Shown: positions 1 through 10,887 of the stretch, piece by piece
Position numbering within the stretch: position 1 is the stretch's first letter
Layout of the letters: the number at the start of each line of letters is the position of its first letter
Assembly: GCF_006345805.1 (NCBI RefSeq)
Contig: NW_021834153.1
Location: forward strand, 1-45,657
DNA from: Octopus sinensis
Lineage: Eukaryota
DNA: 45,657 nt
Direction of reading: 5' to 3'
The notes under the pieces: generated by a model
What the model saw: only the letters and a program-made list of their open reading frames with translations
What the model was told of the DNA's origin: nothing
Databases searched by the model: none
Made by a program: the position numbers and the translations under genes

Positions 1-736
1 ATATATTGATAACTATAGCGCGAAGGCAGCATAAAAAAAAAACAACCCTTCCTCAATTGTTGGCAAATTTACCTACTCCTTATTGCGGGCAGTGGAACAA
101 GATACGTCTTCATCAAAGCAATTGCTCCCCCAAAGCAAATTAAATAAAATTTGAGATCCGTGGAACGTCAAAGCTGCTAACAAAAGCAGGACAGTGAAAA
201 CATTGGGTGAGTAGTAGGTTAATGTAGATGGGATATTTCGGTTTCTAACAAATAGCTGAAGAATATTTGTATGGGATTCGTCTATGATTAGAAGGAAGAC
301 TTTAGTCGAATAGCTGCTCAGGAATTAATATATTGTAGCATATGTTTCATAATAAACCTAGTGCATTTCAAACGGTTTTTATTCCAACAAATTGCTGTCT
401 ATGGAACTAAGGGAACAGGCTTTTATTGCTACATATTAGTCTATGCAGTTTGCAGTCTACATCGGATCATCTATTTGATACAACCTGCTTATATCACTTC
501 AGTAGGTGTCTTTTCCACTTTAAAAAGAAGCAAAGCGTGCACCGTGTGGGCAGTCATACGTTCCCCACAGGCCTCATTACTCATTATGCGAAAAATTTAA
601 GAGTCTAAAAGCATCTCTGGAACATAAGTAATGTAAGTTCCAAGTGTGGAGAAACTCACTTGTGTGTGTGTAAACCAGCAGACGTTATGCGGGTTTACAT
701 ACACACACACATCCACAGATATATATACATGTACAT

Positions 737-1036
737 AAGCTAAGAGCACTAGATTCCTTGGAAAAAAGCAACGAATGCATACGAAACAAGGACGGAAAAA
801 CAGACGATGTTACACAAATATAAATACAAAATACAATAATAAGGCTTTATTTCCATACACGCCGGCTGAATTCAATTCGTTCCCAGTCGAAAGACGCCTG
901 TTGTTATGTCCTGTTATCAGTATTATAATTGTTTTTTATTGTATTTTGTATTGATATTCGTGTAGCATCTGTTTTTCTGTCTTTGTTTCGTATAAATTCG
1001 TTGCTTTTTTTCCAAGGAATCTAAAGCTCTTAGCTT
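737..1036. repeat. Inverted repeat, ~100-bp arms (737-839 / 936-1036), ~95-bp spacer
   Basis: Left arm aagctaagagcactagattccttggaaaaaagcaacgaat...aatacaataa is the reverse complement of the right arm ttattgtattttg...ccaaggaatctaaagctcttagctt, with several mismatches and a small indel. Confidence 0.85.
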
Positions 1037-1408
1037 AGTTTTTACCTTGGGGCTTGCCAGATTAGAGCAATCTCAAGATTAATCAGGCGAAATTGCGAGG
1101 ATCGTCCGATTCTTGACTGAAGATAAAAGGCTTCGAATGACCCGTCCGGTTTTTTTGGTACCGTCTATCTGGGTGTATTGTTGACCCCTTTTGCATCACC
1201 TAGTTGTCCGGATGTTTTGCGTTCTTGTTCCATTTTCTATTTTATTTCATATATATATATAGTAGTTGAATGAATTATCCTATTATGGATAATTCGGTTA
1301 ACCGATACCCAGGTTGCAAATTCACGTCAGAAAACACGGTTGAAGTTACTTGCCAAGGGCAGAGACCACGTGCTTTCGTGTGGAAATTTGTGTGTTTTTT
1401 TACTATAA

Positions 1409-1735
1409 ATAAATGAAAGAATGGAGTTGAACGACGATTTAACAAAATTCCTTTATTCTTGACATATATTTCGAAGACTGCATATTCCTAATTCCGAAGG
1501 AATAAAGGGTGCATTATGCCGCCTTCTCATCAGGAAAGACAAGGAACTATGGACTCCGTGTGGGCAGTCATCTAAATTTTTTTTCGTCATGATGCTGACA
1601 TAAGTTCCTGTCTTTCCTGATGAGAAGGCGGCATAATGCACCCTTTATTCCTTCGGAATTAGGAATATGCAGTCTTCGAAACATATGTCGAGAATAAAGG
1701 AATTTTGTTAAATCGTCGTTCAACTCCATTCTTTC

Positions 1736-1741
<6 letters not shown>
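1409..1741. mobile_element. Near-perfect inverted repeat (1409-1548 / 1603-1741), a hammerhead-like motif in each arm; probable inverted Penelope-like pseudo-LTR pair
   Basis: Arms of ~140 bp differ by 2 substitutions and 1 indel; 54-bp spacer; (TA)n on the right. The Penelope assignment is inferred from the motif type and the inverted arrangement. Confidence 0.75.
1613..1693 (+). ncRNA. Type I hammerhead ribozyme-like motif
   Basis: CTGATGA 1617-1623; helix II GAAGGC/GTCTTC extended by GCATA/TATGC; GAAA 1678-1681; palindromic helix III ACATATGT; GTC triplet 1687-1689; helix I TTTC/GAGA. Confidence 0.75.
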
Positions 1742-1787
<46 letters not shown>

Positions 1788-1825
1788 CTGTATGTATGCG
1801 TATGTCTTAGTCTTTGTGCTTTTTT

Positions 1826-1975
1826 TTTTCACTTCCATCGCTTGATAAGCGGTTTTGTTTTGTTTCTGGTCTTATAACTTAGCGGTTCGACAAGGGACAG
1901 GTTTACAACACAATCACTGAGGCCGAATTGATCAACTGAACCCGTCAAGGCGATGCCCCAGCATGACCACTGTAA
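1826..1975 (+). mobile_element. Diverged 3' half of SINE family A
   Basis: cttagcggttcgacaa...ggcgatgccccagcatgaccac matches the 3' half of the fuller copies at 9816 and 17753. Confidence 0.6.
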
Positions 1976-2509
1976 AAATAATACACACATACACACACAC
2001 ATACACGCATAAACACACACATGCACAAACATATTCAAACTCATGCTCACACATTCAAATATATTTGCGGGAGTATATATATGTGTACATGCGTGTATAT
2101 ATATATACATATATACATGTACAAATGCGTATATATATGTGTCTGTGCGAATGTATGCGTTTCTCTGTTACGCACTATTAACTATTACACATATCTAAAC
2201 GCTAATTCATGGTGGAAAGATAACAGGACGACTAAGGTTAATTCTTGTTGACAATATCGAATGAAAATGTGATAACTGACAATGTTAATAGAAGCTTCAA
2301 CCTGTCAGAATTTGCGTAATAATAAATAGTATTGTTGGCTGGTTAGATGGCCGGTCGGCTTGTCAGCTGGTTGGTTGGTTGGTTTCTTGGCTGGTTGTTT
2401 AGGTGGATGGATGGATGGATGGTGGAGCTTAACAGGTAGAATTAGAAATGAAGACCAAGACCATCGATATATACAATATATATAATATAATATATATATA
2501 TATTAGATA

Positions 2510-2549
<40 letters not shown>

Positions 2550-2774
2550 ATAATAATATTAGGGAATAAATCCAAACTTACAGGAAAAAAACCGATTTAG
2601 GATTAAATCCAATTTATAGTAAAATATATTTATTATATAATATTAAATTAGAGATAAAACCACTATTAGGCAAATCAAACAATGAAGAACATAAGCCAAT
2701 ACATAAAATAATTAAGTTATATATTTTAAATATATATCAAAAGTATTAAAAGTTTAATAAAAGATAAAGAGTAA

Positions 2775-2846
2775 AACACTACGATCGTTTCATGGGTGTA
2801 CAATTCGTAATAATTCGAGTTATGGTTACAGTCAATCTTCAGGTTA
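2775..2846 (-). ncRNA. Hammerhead-like motif with degenerate helix II
   Basis: Minus strand: CTGAAGA (plus 2836-2842), 44 nt, then GAAAC GATC GTA. Palindromic helix III ACGATCGT and GUA triplet; helices I and II are poorly paired. Confidence 0.55.
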
Positions 2847-2880
2847 ATTGAAATATTTATCTTAGCGAGGTTTAGCAATG

Positions 2881-2915
<35 letters not shown>

Positions 2916-2977
2916 CAAAAGATAACAAAACAAAGAAAGAGACTTCAATATAATGTAAATAGAGGAAATTTATCTAT

Positions 2978-3098
2978 AAAATAATATGTGACAATTATTC
3001 AATGGCCAGATAACCGAAGAGGTGTTGTGGATTTCCACCTCGGCATCCGAAACTCAGAGTTTTATCTTGGCTATTGAATAATTGTCACATATTATTTT
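2978..3098 (+). ncRNA. Hammerhead-like motif closed by a ~36-bp helix I hairpin
   Basis: Arms 2978-3013 / 3062-3098 pair almost perfectly. Inside: CCGAAGA (3014-3020), helix II GGTG...CATCC, GAAAC TCAGA GTT. Confidence 0.6.
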
Positions 3099-3230
3099 AC
3101 AGATATATATATAATATATATATACTATAAAAAACCGGAGTAACACAATGTGAAACAGGTGGAAAAAAGTACTCAAATACCAGTGGTAGAGTAATATGCT
3201 TTATTTAAAGCAGCAGAAAATTCAACAAAA

Positions 3231-3264
3231 CCTGTTGCTCTGAGTTTCCCGTTCATCGGACAGT
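3231..3264 (-). ncRNA. Degenerate minimal hammerhead-like motif
   Basis: Minus strand CTGT-CCGATGA-ACGG-GAAAC-TCAGA-GCA-ACAG. Helix I CTGT/ACAG pairs; helix II is absent; the triplet is GCA rather than GUA. Confidence 0.4.
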
Positions 3265-3303
3265 TTTTATGAACGGCAATATATATATATATATATATAT
3301 ATA

Positions 3304-3848
3304 TTGGGTTGTCCAGAAAGTTCGTGCCGATTTATAGTAGTTTATCTTTCGTCCATAAAATAGGATTTGACTCTATACCTCCATTTCGAGCACAGTTTAA
3401 GCTATCTTTTCGTGGAAGAAGGTTTATGTTCCTATAACCTGTGTTAATTCTGTAACCCTTTAAAATGGAAGATAAGAAAGTTCATTTTCGGCACTTGATG
3501 CTTTGGGAACCAGACAAAAATTGCTGCAGCTCGGCTGGGATGTGTTACCCCAGCCTCTATATTCAACAGATATTGCTCCTTCGGATTTCCACTTATTCAG
3601 GTCTCTGCAGAATAGTCTTAATGGTAAAAATTTCAATTCCTTGGATGACTTAAAAAGATACCTTGATAAATTCTCTGCCATGAAACCACCTGAATTCTGG
3701 GAAGAGGGTATTTTCAAGTTAAAGGAAAGATGGAGACGCATTTTGCAACAAAATGGTTCTTATTTGGTTGATTAAAAATGTAATGGCAAGTATTTATTGA
3801 CCATTTTCTTTCCTTTAAAAATCGGCACGGACTTTCCGGACAACCCAA
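3304..3848 (+). mobile_element. Internally deleted mariner element (mellifera-like), non-autonomous
   Basis: ~30-bp TIRs ttgggttgtccagaaagttcgtgccgattt / aaatcggcacggactttccggacaacccaa, with TA on both sides. Transposase N-terminus MEDKKVHFRHLMLWE is fused to the C-terminus ...YSTDIAPSDFHLFRSLQN...KLKERWRRILQQNGSY. Confidence 0.93.
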
Positions 3849-4024
3849 TATATATATACTTTACTCCCGATGTTTTTTTGTGTGTGTGTGTGTGTGCGTG
3901 CGTGATTTCAAGACATTGTCTAATTTACGCAAAATGAAAATAATACTGACATCTCATTATAATAGCTATATTTACCAAAATTACATAAAAAATATCTTGA
4001 AATTCTAAAGATTAATTTTATTCA

Positions 4025-4265
4025 AGAAAATTGCCATTGCCTTAAGCCCTAATCCCCAGACGATTTTGGAATCTCCTGCAACTCTTCTGGACAGTTCCCT
4101 TGTTTAAGTTCATGGATACTGCCAAAATCTTTGCCTTCAGTTCCCAGTTGGTGGTACAAAGTTTTGCTGGCCTCTCGCTCAAATGAGGCCCACACAAAAT
4201 AATTAAGGAGGTTGCATTCTGGGGAGGTCGGTGACCAGTTGTTAGTGGTCATTTGGTTCCAGAAA
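4025..4265 (-). mobile_element. Tc1/mariner transposase C-terminal remnant (maT/DD37D-like)
   Basis: WSPTSPECNLLNYFVWASFERE resembles WPPxSPDLNPLDYFVW. After a frameshift it reads ELKAKILAVSMNLNKGTVQKSCRRFQNRL. Confidence 0.75.
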
Positions 4266-5551
4266 TATATATATATACAATCGTCACTAAAGTGACTATG
4301 AACTTATATACATATATATATAAAGAGAGAGTGGGGGAGGGGAAACTTGTAATACAAATTGGCAGATTCAAGATTGGTGTATACATATATATGTATATGA
4401 TCGTGCGTGTGCTTGTTTGTTCTGATGTGTGGGTGTTTGTGTACTGTATACGGGATTATCAACAATCAAACAACATCAGGGAGAGGATCAGTTTTGACAA
4501 ATACTGTAATAGGCAAGTGCGTAGAGGAAATATAGGAAACAGTCTTAACGTTTCGTGTGTCGGTACTTCATCAAATGAACAGCATAGTAGGTGTGAGGTA
4601 AAAATGTGTGAGGAGTGAGGAGCAAGTAAGAATGTATTTCTGTTGGGTAGGGATTTAAGAAATTATATTGGGGTGGATTTGTATAGGAGTGTGTCTTTGT
4701 TACATGATAGGGGGAGCACTGTGAAAGGGTGTATTTTTCAAGAGCAGTAAAACTTCAAAACAATAATGACAAGGGTTAGATTGAAGGTGTAGGTTTCTCT
4801 GTGAGAAATCATATTTTGTGCTTGTGTATGTGTGTACGTGCTTGTGAAGGGTTCGAAACCGGCACCAGAATGAGTAAAAGGAGAAAATAAGAGGAATTTT
4901 ATGCAATTTTATGAATGTGATATGTAGTAGCTTGGAAGGTGTATATAAACAAGGGAATGAAATAGAAACGATAGGTGGAAGTTCGGGGAATGAGAGAAGA
5001 ATGAGAGAATAATTGGAGAAGGAATAATTACAATACATCGTTGCTACAAAAAAAAAAAACACTCTCTACTGACACATGCATACATACAAATATACGTACA
5101 GAGGTATGTGTGGAATCTTTCCAGTCTAAATTGCTGGGAGGCTGGATATATGGCGAGATGAGTGGATACGAGGATAGTTTTCCTAAAACTTCGCTTCAAC
5201 CATTAAATTGAATTTCAGCCGTTTAATAATAATCCCTAACAGAACAATCATGTTTGTTTATTTTTGTTTCTCTTGTTGTTGTTGTTTTATATTTTCGTTG
5301 CTTGAAATTAGATTTATTACTTCATCAGATTAATGGCGCCATTAATCTCTGATGTAATGATGAAATTTATTAGATTCCTTCACTGAATATATTAATGACG
5401 GTTTATATAATAACCTTATTAATATAATCAGCATTTCAACTACAACTCAAAAAGTAAATGTGTTTACCTGTATACGTATACATTATACCTACACCCACAG
5501 AGATATCATTAAATCTGTGCACATATAGACTCACACGCACACGTATACATC

Positions 5552-5562
5552 TCTCTCTCTCA

Positions 5563-5616
<54 letters not shown>

Positions 5617-5706
5617 CCATATATATATATATGCATATATATATATACATATATATATATATAATTTACAAATATATGTTTGTATATGCGTATATGTACG
5701 CCTATA

Positions 5707-5770
<64 letters not shown>

Positions 5771-5893
5771 ATATATATAGATATATATATAATATACGTA
5801 TACATATATTTAATCATACGTACATATACGTATCTGTGTATGTAAAATATACAAGCTATTTGCGTATTATATATTACATACATACATACATAC

Positions 5894-5941
<48 letters not shown>

Positions 5942-6042
5942 ATATATACATTATATATACATATATATTATACATTATACGTAGGCACATACACACGCAT
6001 ATATCTATATCTATCTATCTCTCTCTCTATATATATATGTAT

Positions 6043-6100
<58 letters not shown>
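5552..6100. repeat. Compound (CT)n / (TA)n microsatellite block
   Basis: Direct reading. Confidence 0.95.
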
Positions 6101-6102
<2 letters not shown>

Positions 6103-6489
6103 TGTGTATATATAATGGCTGCTTGAGGATACGCTTAATGTAATGCAAAAACAAAAGCACAACAAATATATATGCTAGAAATGTTTCCGTTATCCTATTG
6201 GAATATTTAAAAAGCTAATCTAAAAATCTATGTCTTTCTATCGCTATTGCAGTATACGTCAACCTTTCGGTTTATGGAGCAATAGAAATACATTTATTGC
6301 GCTAATTTATAACAGTAATTAAAGTAGATACCCGGGAATCATGTAGATTGTGTCTCAGGGATTTACTGCACCGCCCTCTGCTCGAGAACTTCCCTTCAGA
6401 AATATGTTAATCCTGTTATGACATGAGCGAACATGGCGAGGCGGCAGAATTGTTGTTGAACAAAATGTCTAACGGCATTTGTTCTGGTT

Positions 6490-6790
6490 GGACGTCCACG
6501 TTTCAAATTCTGCCGCGGTCGACTTTGCCTTTCATGAATACGTTTTTGAAAAAAAAATTCCCGTTGAACCCTGGGGTCGGTGAAACTGGTTAGCCACCTT
6601 CCCCGAAATCTTGAGGCCGTCTCCCTAATTATAGAAAGAAAAAAACTAAAAGGATTAGAAGGGGGTGTGGCGAAAATGTTATTTTTCCCCGTTTCTGTTC
6701 TGTATGTTCTCAGTTCAAATTGCCGAGGTCGATTTTGCCTTTCGTCTATCCAAGGTTGATAAAATAAAGTGTCATTCAAGTACTGAGGCC
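6490..6790 (+). mobile_element. Two diverged partial copies of SINE family B central domain
   Basis: ttcaaattctgccgcggtcgactttgcctttcat (~6500) and ttcaaattgccgaggtcgattttgcctttcgt (~6715). Confidence 0.6.
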
Positions 6791-7124
6791 GGATAATCGA
6801 CAAGTTCCATCTGTCGATTATACTGTCCTTCAAACCTGCAACGGACCAGCATTAGGTTCAGGGTAACTTTATGCTCTCGGTCACATACACAACAAAGGAC
6901 CCGGATTAACGGTCTTAGGGTTAACGAAATATCTCTTTTAATGTTATGAATCTGTGTTAATGCAAGCGCGAACATGGTTCGACCAATCAGACAGGTCCGT
7001 GTGTGAGTAAATAAGTGGTAGAATTAAGTGTCAGTCTTGTGAGTTTTCCCACCAAATTGTTCTGCTTTAGGGTACAAAAACTTCACCGAACGCTGATGGC
7101 TCTCCGTCAGTTAAGATGACAAGA

Positions 7125-7346
7125 TTTCCAATAAATCGGATCAGCGGAACAGCATGCTCATGAAATTAACATGCAAGTGGCTGAGTACACCACGAACACG
7201 CGTACCCTTAACGTTAACGTAATTCTGAAGGAGATTCAGCGTGACACAGGTTGTGACAGGGCTGGCCCTTTGAAATACAGATGCAATTCAATTTTGCCAG
7301 CTGAGTGGACTGAAGTGATATTAAATAAAGTGTCTTGTTCAAGGAC
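7125..7346 (-). mobile_element. SINE family D body (no tRNA head)
   Basis: Reverse complement contains gtccttgaacaagacactttatt...cagtccactcagctggcaaaa; homologous to the plus-strand copy at 31240-31440. Confidence 0.65.
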
Positions 7347-7348
7347 GG

Positions 7349-7588
7349 CCTTGTCACATCCTGTGTCTCGCTGGTCTGTTGCAGGTGAGCTACTAGATGC
7401 AGGAGGAAAGTGTCAGAGAAAGGTGTGGCGAGAGAGTCAGCAGAAGTTCGCCATTACATTCTACGTGAGCCGCGTGGGGCTTAGGTGTTTCGCTCATAAA
7501 CACAAATCACCCGGTCTCCGGTCTGAGATTCGAACCCGCGATTCATTGACTGCGAATCCGCTGCTCTAACCACTAGGCCATGTGCCTC
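7349..7588 (-). mobile_element. tRNA-derived SINE family C (tRNA-Arg-like head)
   Basis: Minus-strand head gaggcacatggcctagtggttagagcagcggattcgcagtc...gggttcgaatctcagaccgg with Pol III A box (TGGCCTAGTGG) and B box (GGTTCGAATC). Confidence 0.85.
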
Positions 7589-7629
7589 CGCAATTCTGTC
7601 GGTTTAGTGGTAACATATCCTCGATCAAA

Positions 7630-7861
7630 GGCAGCGAGCAGGCAGAAACGCTAGCACGCCGGGCGAAATACTTAGCGGTCTTTCGTCTGTCATTGCATTC
7701 TGAGTTCAAATTCCGCCGAGATCGACTTTGCATTTCATCCTTTCGGGCTCGATAAATTAAGTGCCTATTACGCACTGGGGTCGATGTAATCGACTTAATC
7801 CCTTTGTCTGTCCTTGTTTGTTTCCTCTATGTTTAGCCCCTTGTGAGCAATAAATAAATAA
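7630..7861 (+). mobile_element. SINE family B, full-length-like
   Basis: ggcagcgagcaggcagaaacgctagcacgccgggcg...gagttcaaattccgcc...tttcatcctttcggg-tcgataaattaagt... with an A-rich tail; closely similar to 30278-30506. Confidence 0.85.
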
Positions 7862-8030
7862 GAAAGGTTAGCACGCTTAGCGGTATTTTGTCTTACGCTC
7901 TGAGTTCAAATTCCGGCGAGGTCGTCTTTGCCTTTCATCTTTTCGGGGTCGATAAATTAAGTACTAGTTTCATACTGCAGCCAATCTAATCGAATGGCCC
8001 CCCTCCCCCCAAAATTTTGGCCCTTGTGTC
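7862..8030 (+). mobile_element. Partial SINE family B variant, tandem to the previous copy
   Basis: Same central domain gcctttcatcttttcggggtcgataaattaagtac, with a different tail. Confidence 0.7.
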
Positions 8031-8545
8031 TACTTATTTTATCTCTAACACTCTCACTGCAAAATAAATATTATGGTTATTCCGGTAATGGAATTACATA
8101 TCTACGAAAAACTTAATTTAAAATTTTTCACAGATCACGTTGTCTGAATAAGCTTGACATGTCTCAACAAAAACAGTTTCAAACGTGACATTTCTCGGCA
8201 AAGCATGATATACACTCTAAAACACATCTCTCGTTTAGAATAATGAAATTTTGAGTTGATATAAGGATGTGGCTGCTTTCTGTAATAAACAGGTTAATAG
8301 ACATGATCAATTTTCATATATATGAGTAAAATATTTTATGCGATGAAGACGTTGTGCTATTCAAATAATATTTATACTTATGTAAATGCAAATGTTTCGG
8401 ATAATGAAAATTATGGAAATACATATTTGTATTAAAACGGTCATTTCCGCCTTCACACGCAACAATTATTTCGTCCGACCAACAACGACTTAAAGAACAA
8501 AATTACCGATATGGTAAGTCACTAAAACGATAGATAGATCTATAG

Positions 8546-8583
8546 ACAAACAGATAGACAAACAGGCAAGCAGACAGATATAT

Positions 8584-8682
<99 letters not shown>
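8546..8682. repeat. (GATA)n array, left flank of the LINE fragment
   Basis: Direct reading. Confidence 0.95.
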
Positions 8683-9200
8683 TGCTTCTTTATTAGCCAC
8701 ACAGGGCTGCACACAGGCGGGACAGATTACAAAGTAGAGCTTTTCTTTTGGGGGAGAAAAAAAGTGGGGTAGGTTTTTGATCAAAAGGGATCGTAAAAGG
8801 GAAAGAAAAAAAGAAAAAATAAAGGAAAAGAAAAAACGATCAAAAGGGATCGTGTATCACAGAAATGTCATGATGTAAAGTGTAAAGGGGGAAGCAGATA
8901 AGGTTTATCCGTGGAAAGAAAAGCCTACTGAAAAGACCACGATAACCTCAGTCAATAATGTTACATGTTACCACATTTGTTTGCAAGTAGGTAACCCTCT
9001 GTATTAAATGTTTCCGGATTCATAGGATTATGATCAAGGTGGCTTCGTCATCCATACATGCCATTCTTGCTACATTCACGCAATCTTTTTCGGAAACATT
9101 CGCTAGACAAGACTTGCCTCTCTACTCTCACTTTCCTTTTCAAGTGATACTTAAAGAAGTTGATGAGAGATTGACCAGAGAGGAAAGTGTTTGTCTCCAA
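8683..9200 (-). mobile_element. 3' fragment of a Tx1/L1-clade LINE (ORF2 C-terminus plus 3' UTR)
   Basis: [36 protein letters not shown] and the 3' UTR ending gtgtgcagccctgtgtggctaataaagaagca match the 3' end of the longer RT-containing copy at 41127-44053. Confidence 0.9.
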
Positions 9201-9220
9201 TAGATAGACAGACAGGTAGT

Positions 9221-9299
<79 letters not shown>

Positions 9300-9304
9300 G
9301 TAGT

Positions 9305-9398
<94 letters not shown>
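9201..9398. repeat. (GATA)n array, right flank of the LINE fragment
   Basis: Direct reading. Confidence 0.95.
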
Positions 9399-9815
9399 TG
9401 CATACACAACCAGCCAGACAGACAGACCGACGCTGGCAGCCACAAATTTTGATGAAAACACGCAGCACTTTTCATAATATTTTCTGATCGAATGGCATAT
9501 TAAATGCGTTTATGCGTCATGGAATAAACACAGATTTGAATAACACTGAATCTAAATATGCGAATGATCGTCTCAAATATGGCAATCCCATCGACGAGTT
9601 GCTGTTAGAATTGCCGAAAAGCAATTTGGTATCGTATGATTGGTTATTTGTCCTTCATTATTTCGACAGCTTCCCGACACCTACCTATTTCTTGTTCTCT
9701 TTTCGTAGATCCCAACCTTTTAGTCTTAACTCTGCCCAACCTTCATAATAAACGCCAGCGAGCGTGATTAACGATATTTAGTGTCACAAAAGTAATAACA
9801 GATAAACAAGCTATA

Positions 9816-10231
9816 GGCGCAGGAGTGGCTGTGTGGTTAAGTAGCTTGCTAACCAGCCACATGGTTCCGGATTCAGTCCCACTGCGTGGCATCTTGGGCA
9901 AGTGTCTTCTGCTATAGCCCCGGGCCGACCAATGCCTTGTGAGTGGATTTGGTAGACGGAAACTGAAAGAAGCCCGTCGTATATATGTATATATATATAT
10001 ATATGTGTGTGTCTGTGTTTGTGTGTCTGTGTTTGTCTCCCTAGCATTGCTTGACAACTGATAATGGTGTGTTTACGTCCCCGTAACTTAGCGGTTCGGC
10101 AAAGGAGACCGATAGAATAAGTACTGGGCTTACAAAGAATAAGTTCCGGGGTCGATTTGCTCGACTAAAGGCGGTGCTCCAGCATGGCCACAGTCAAATG
10201 ACTGAAGCAAGTAAAAGAGTAAAAGAGTAAA
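9816..10231 (+). mobile_element. tRNA-derived SINE family A, full-length-like
   Basis: Head ggcgcaggagtggctgtgtggttaag...ggattcagtccc; CORE-like ttgggcaagtgtctt; internal (TA)(TG); tail (gtaaaaga)n. Confidence 0.9.
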
Positions 10232-10234
10232 GCT

Positions 10235-10600
10235 GGTGTTGTTGTTCCTAGTGGTGGTAGTGGTTGCGGTGGTTTTGGGGGTCGGCGTTGTTATTGTTGC
10301 TATTATTAGTGGTGGCGATGGTGGTGTCGGTGGGGGGCTTGTAGTGGCGGTGTTGGTATTGTTGCTGCTATTAGTGGTGACGGTGGTGGTGGTGTCGGTG
10401 GCCGTCGTCGTCGTTGTGGTCGTGATGCTGATGTTGGTCGTCGTGGTGATGGTTGTGGTCCTGGTTGGGTTGTAGTGGTCGTTGAGTTGGTAATGATAGT
10501 GTTGTTGTAGTTGGTGGTGGTAATGGTTGTGTTGGTGGAGATGGTGTCAGTGCTGGTGGTGGTAGTTGTGGCGGTGGTGTAGGTAATGTGGGCGATGAAA
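10235..10600. repeat. Degenerate (GGT/GTT/GTC)n trinucleotide block
   Basis: Direct reading; explains the poly-V and poly-T ORFs. Confidence 0.9.
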
Positions 10601-10887
10601 TAGCGGAAGGTTATGGAGGATTTTTCTTGCATACTTGTACTTTCCCTTTTTATCTTTTTTTTTGTTAATTTTTTATCCCGTTAGATGTTTAAGCATTTAT
10701 ATCGTCGAACGTATATAATGAATGGCTGAGTACTCCAAAGTTTTACGTAATACTTAAGCAGAATCTGCGTGTTCCAGTAAAAAACAAAAAGTAATTTTGA
10801 ACACTAGATATAATCCATTCGACCCCCTTTCCTCACAATGTCCTTGCTTCTACACACTCACTTTCAAAAGATTTGAACCCTAGACAT

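Noticed and set aside
657-710. Small hairpin tgtgtgtgtgtaaacc...ggtttacatacacaca
   Set aside because: Most of the pairing comes from TG/CA microsatellite, so significance is low.
1060-1150. Possible hammerhead remnants (atcaggcgaaattgc; ctgaagataaaaggcttcgaatgac)
   Set aside because: Core and helices are too incomplete.
4840-4866. cttgtgaagggttcgaaaccggca hammerhead look-alike
   Set aside because: Several core mismatches and no helix I or II.
7520-7588. Functional tRNA genes at SINE heads (also 14910-14978 and 37882-37951)
   Set aside because: They have A and B boxes but no closed acceptor stem, and continue into SINE bodies.
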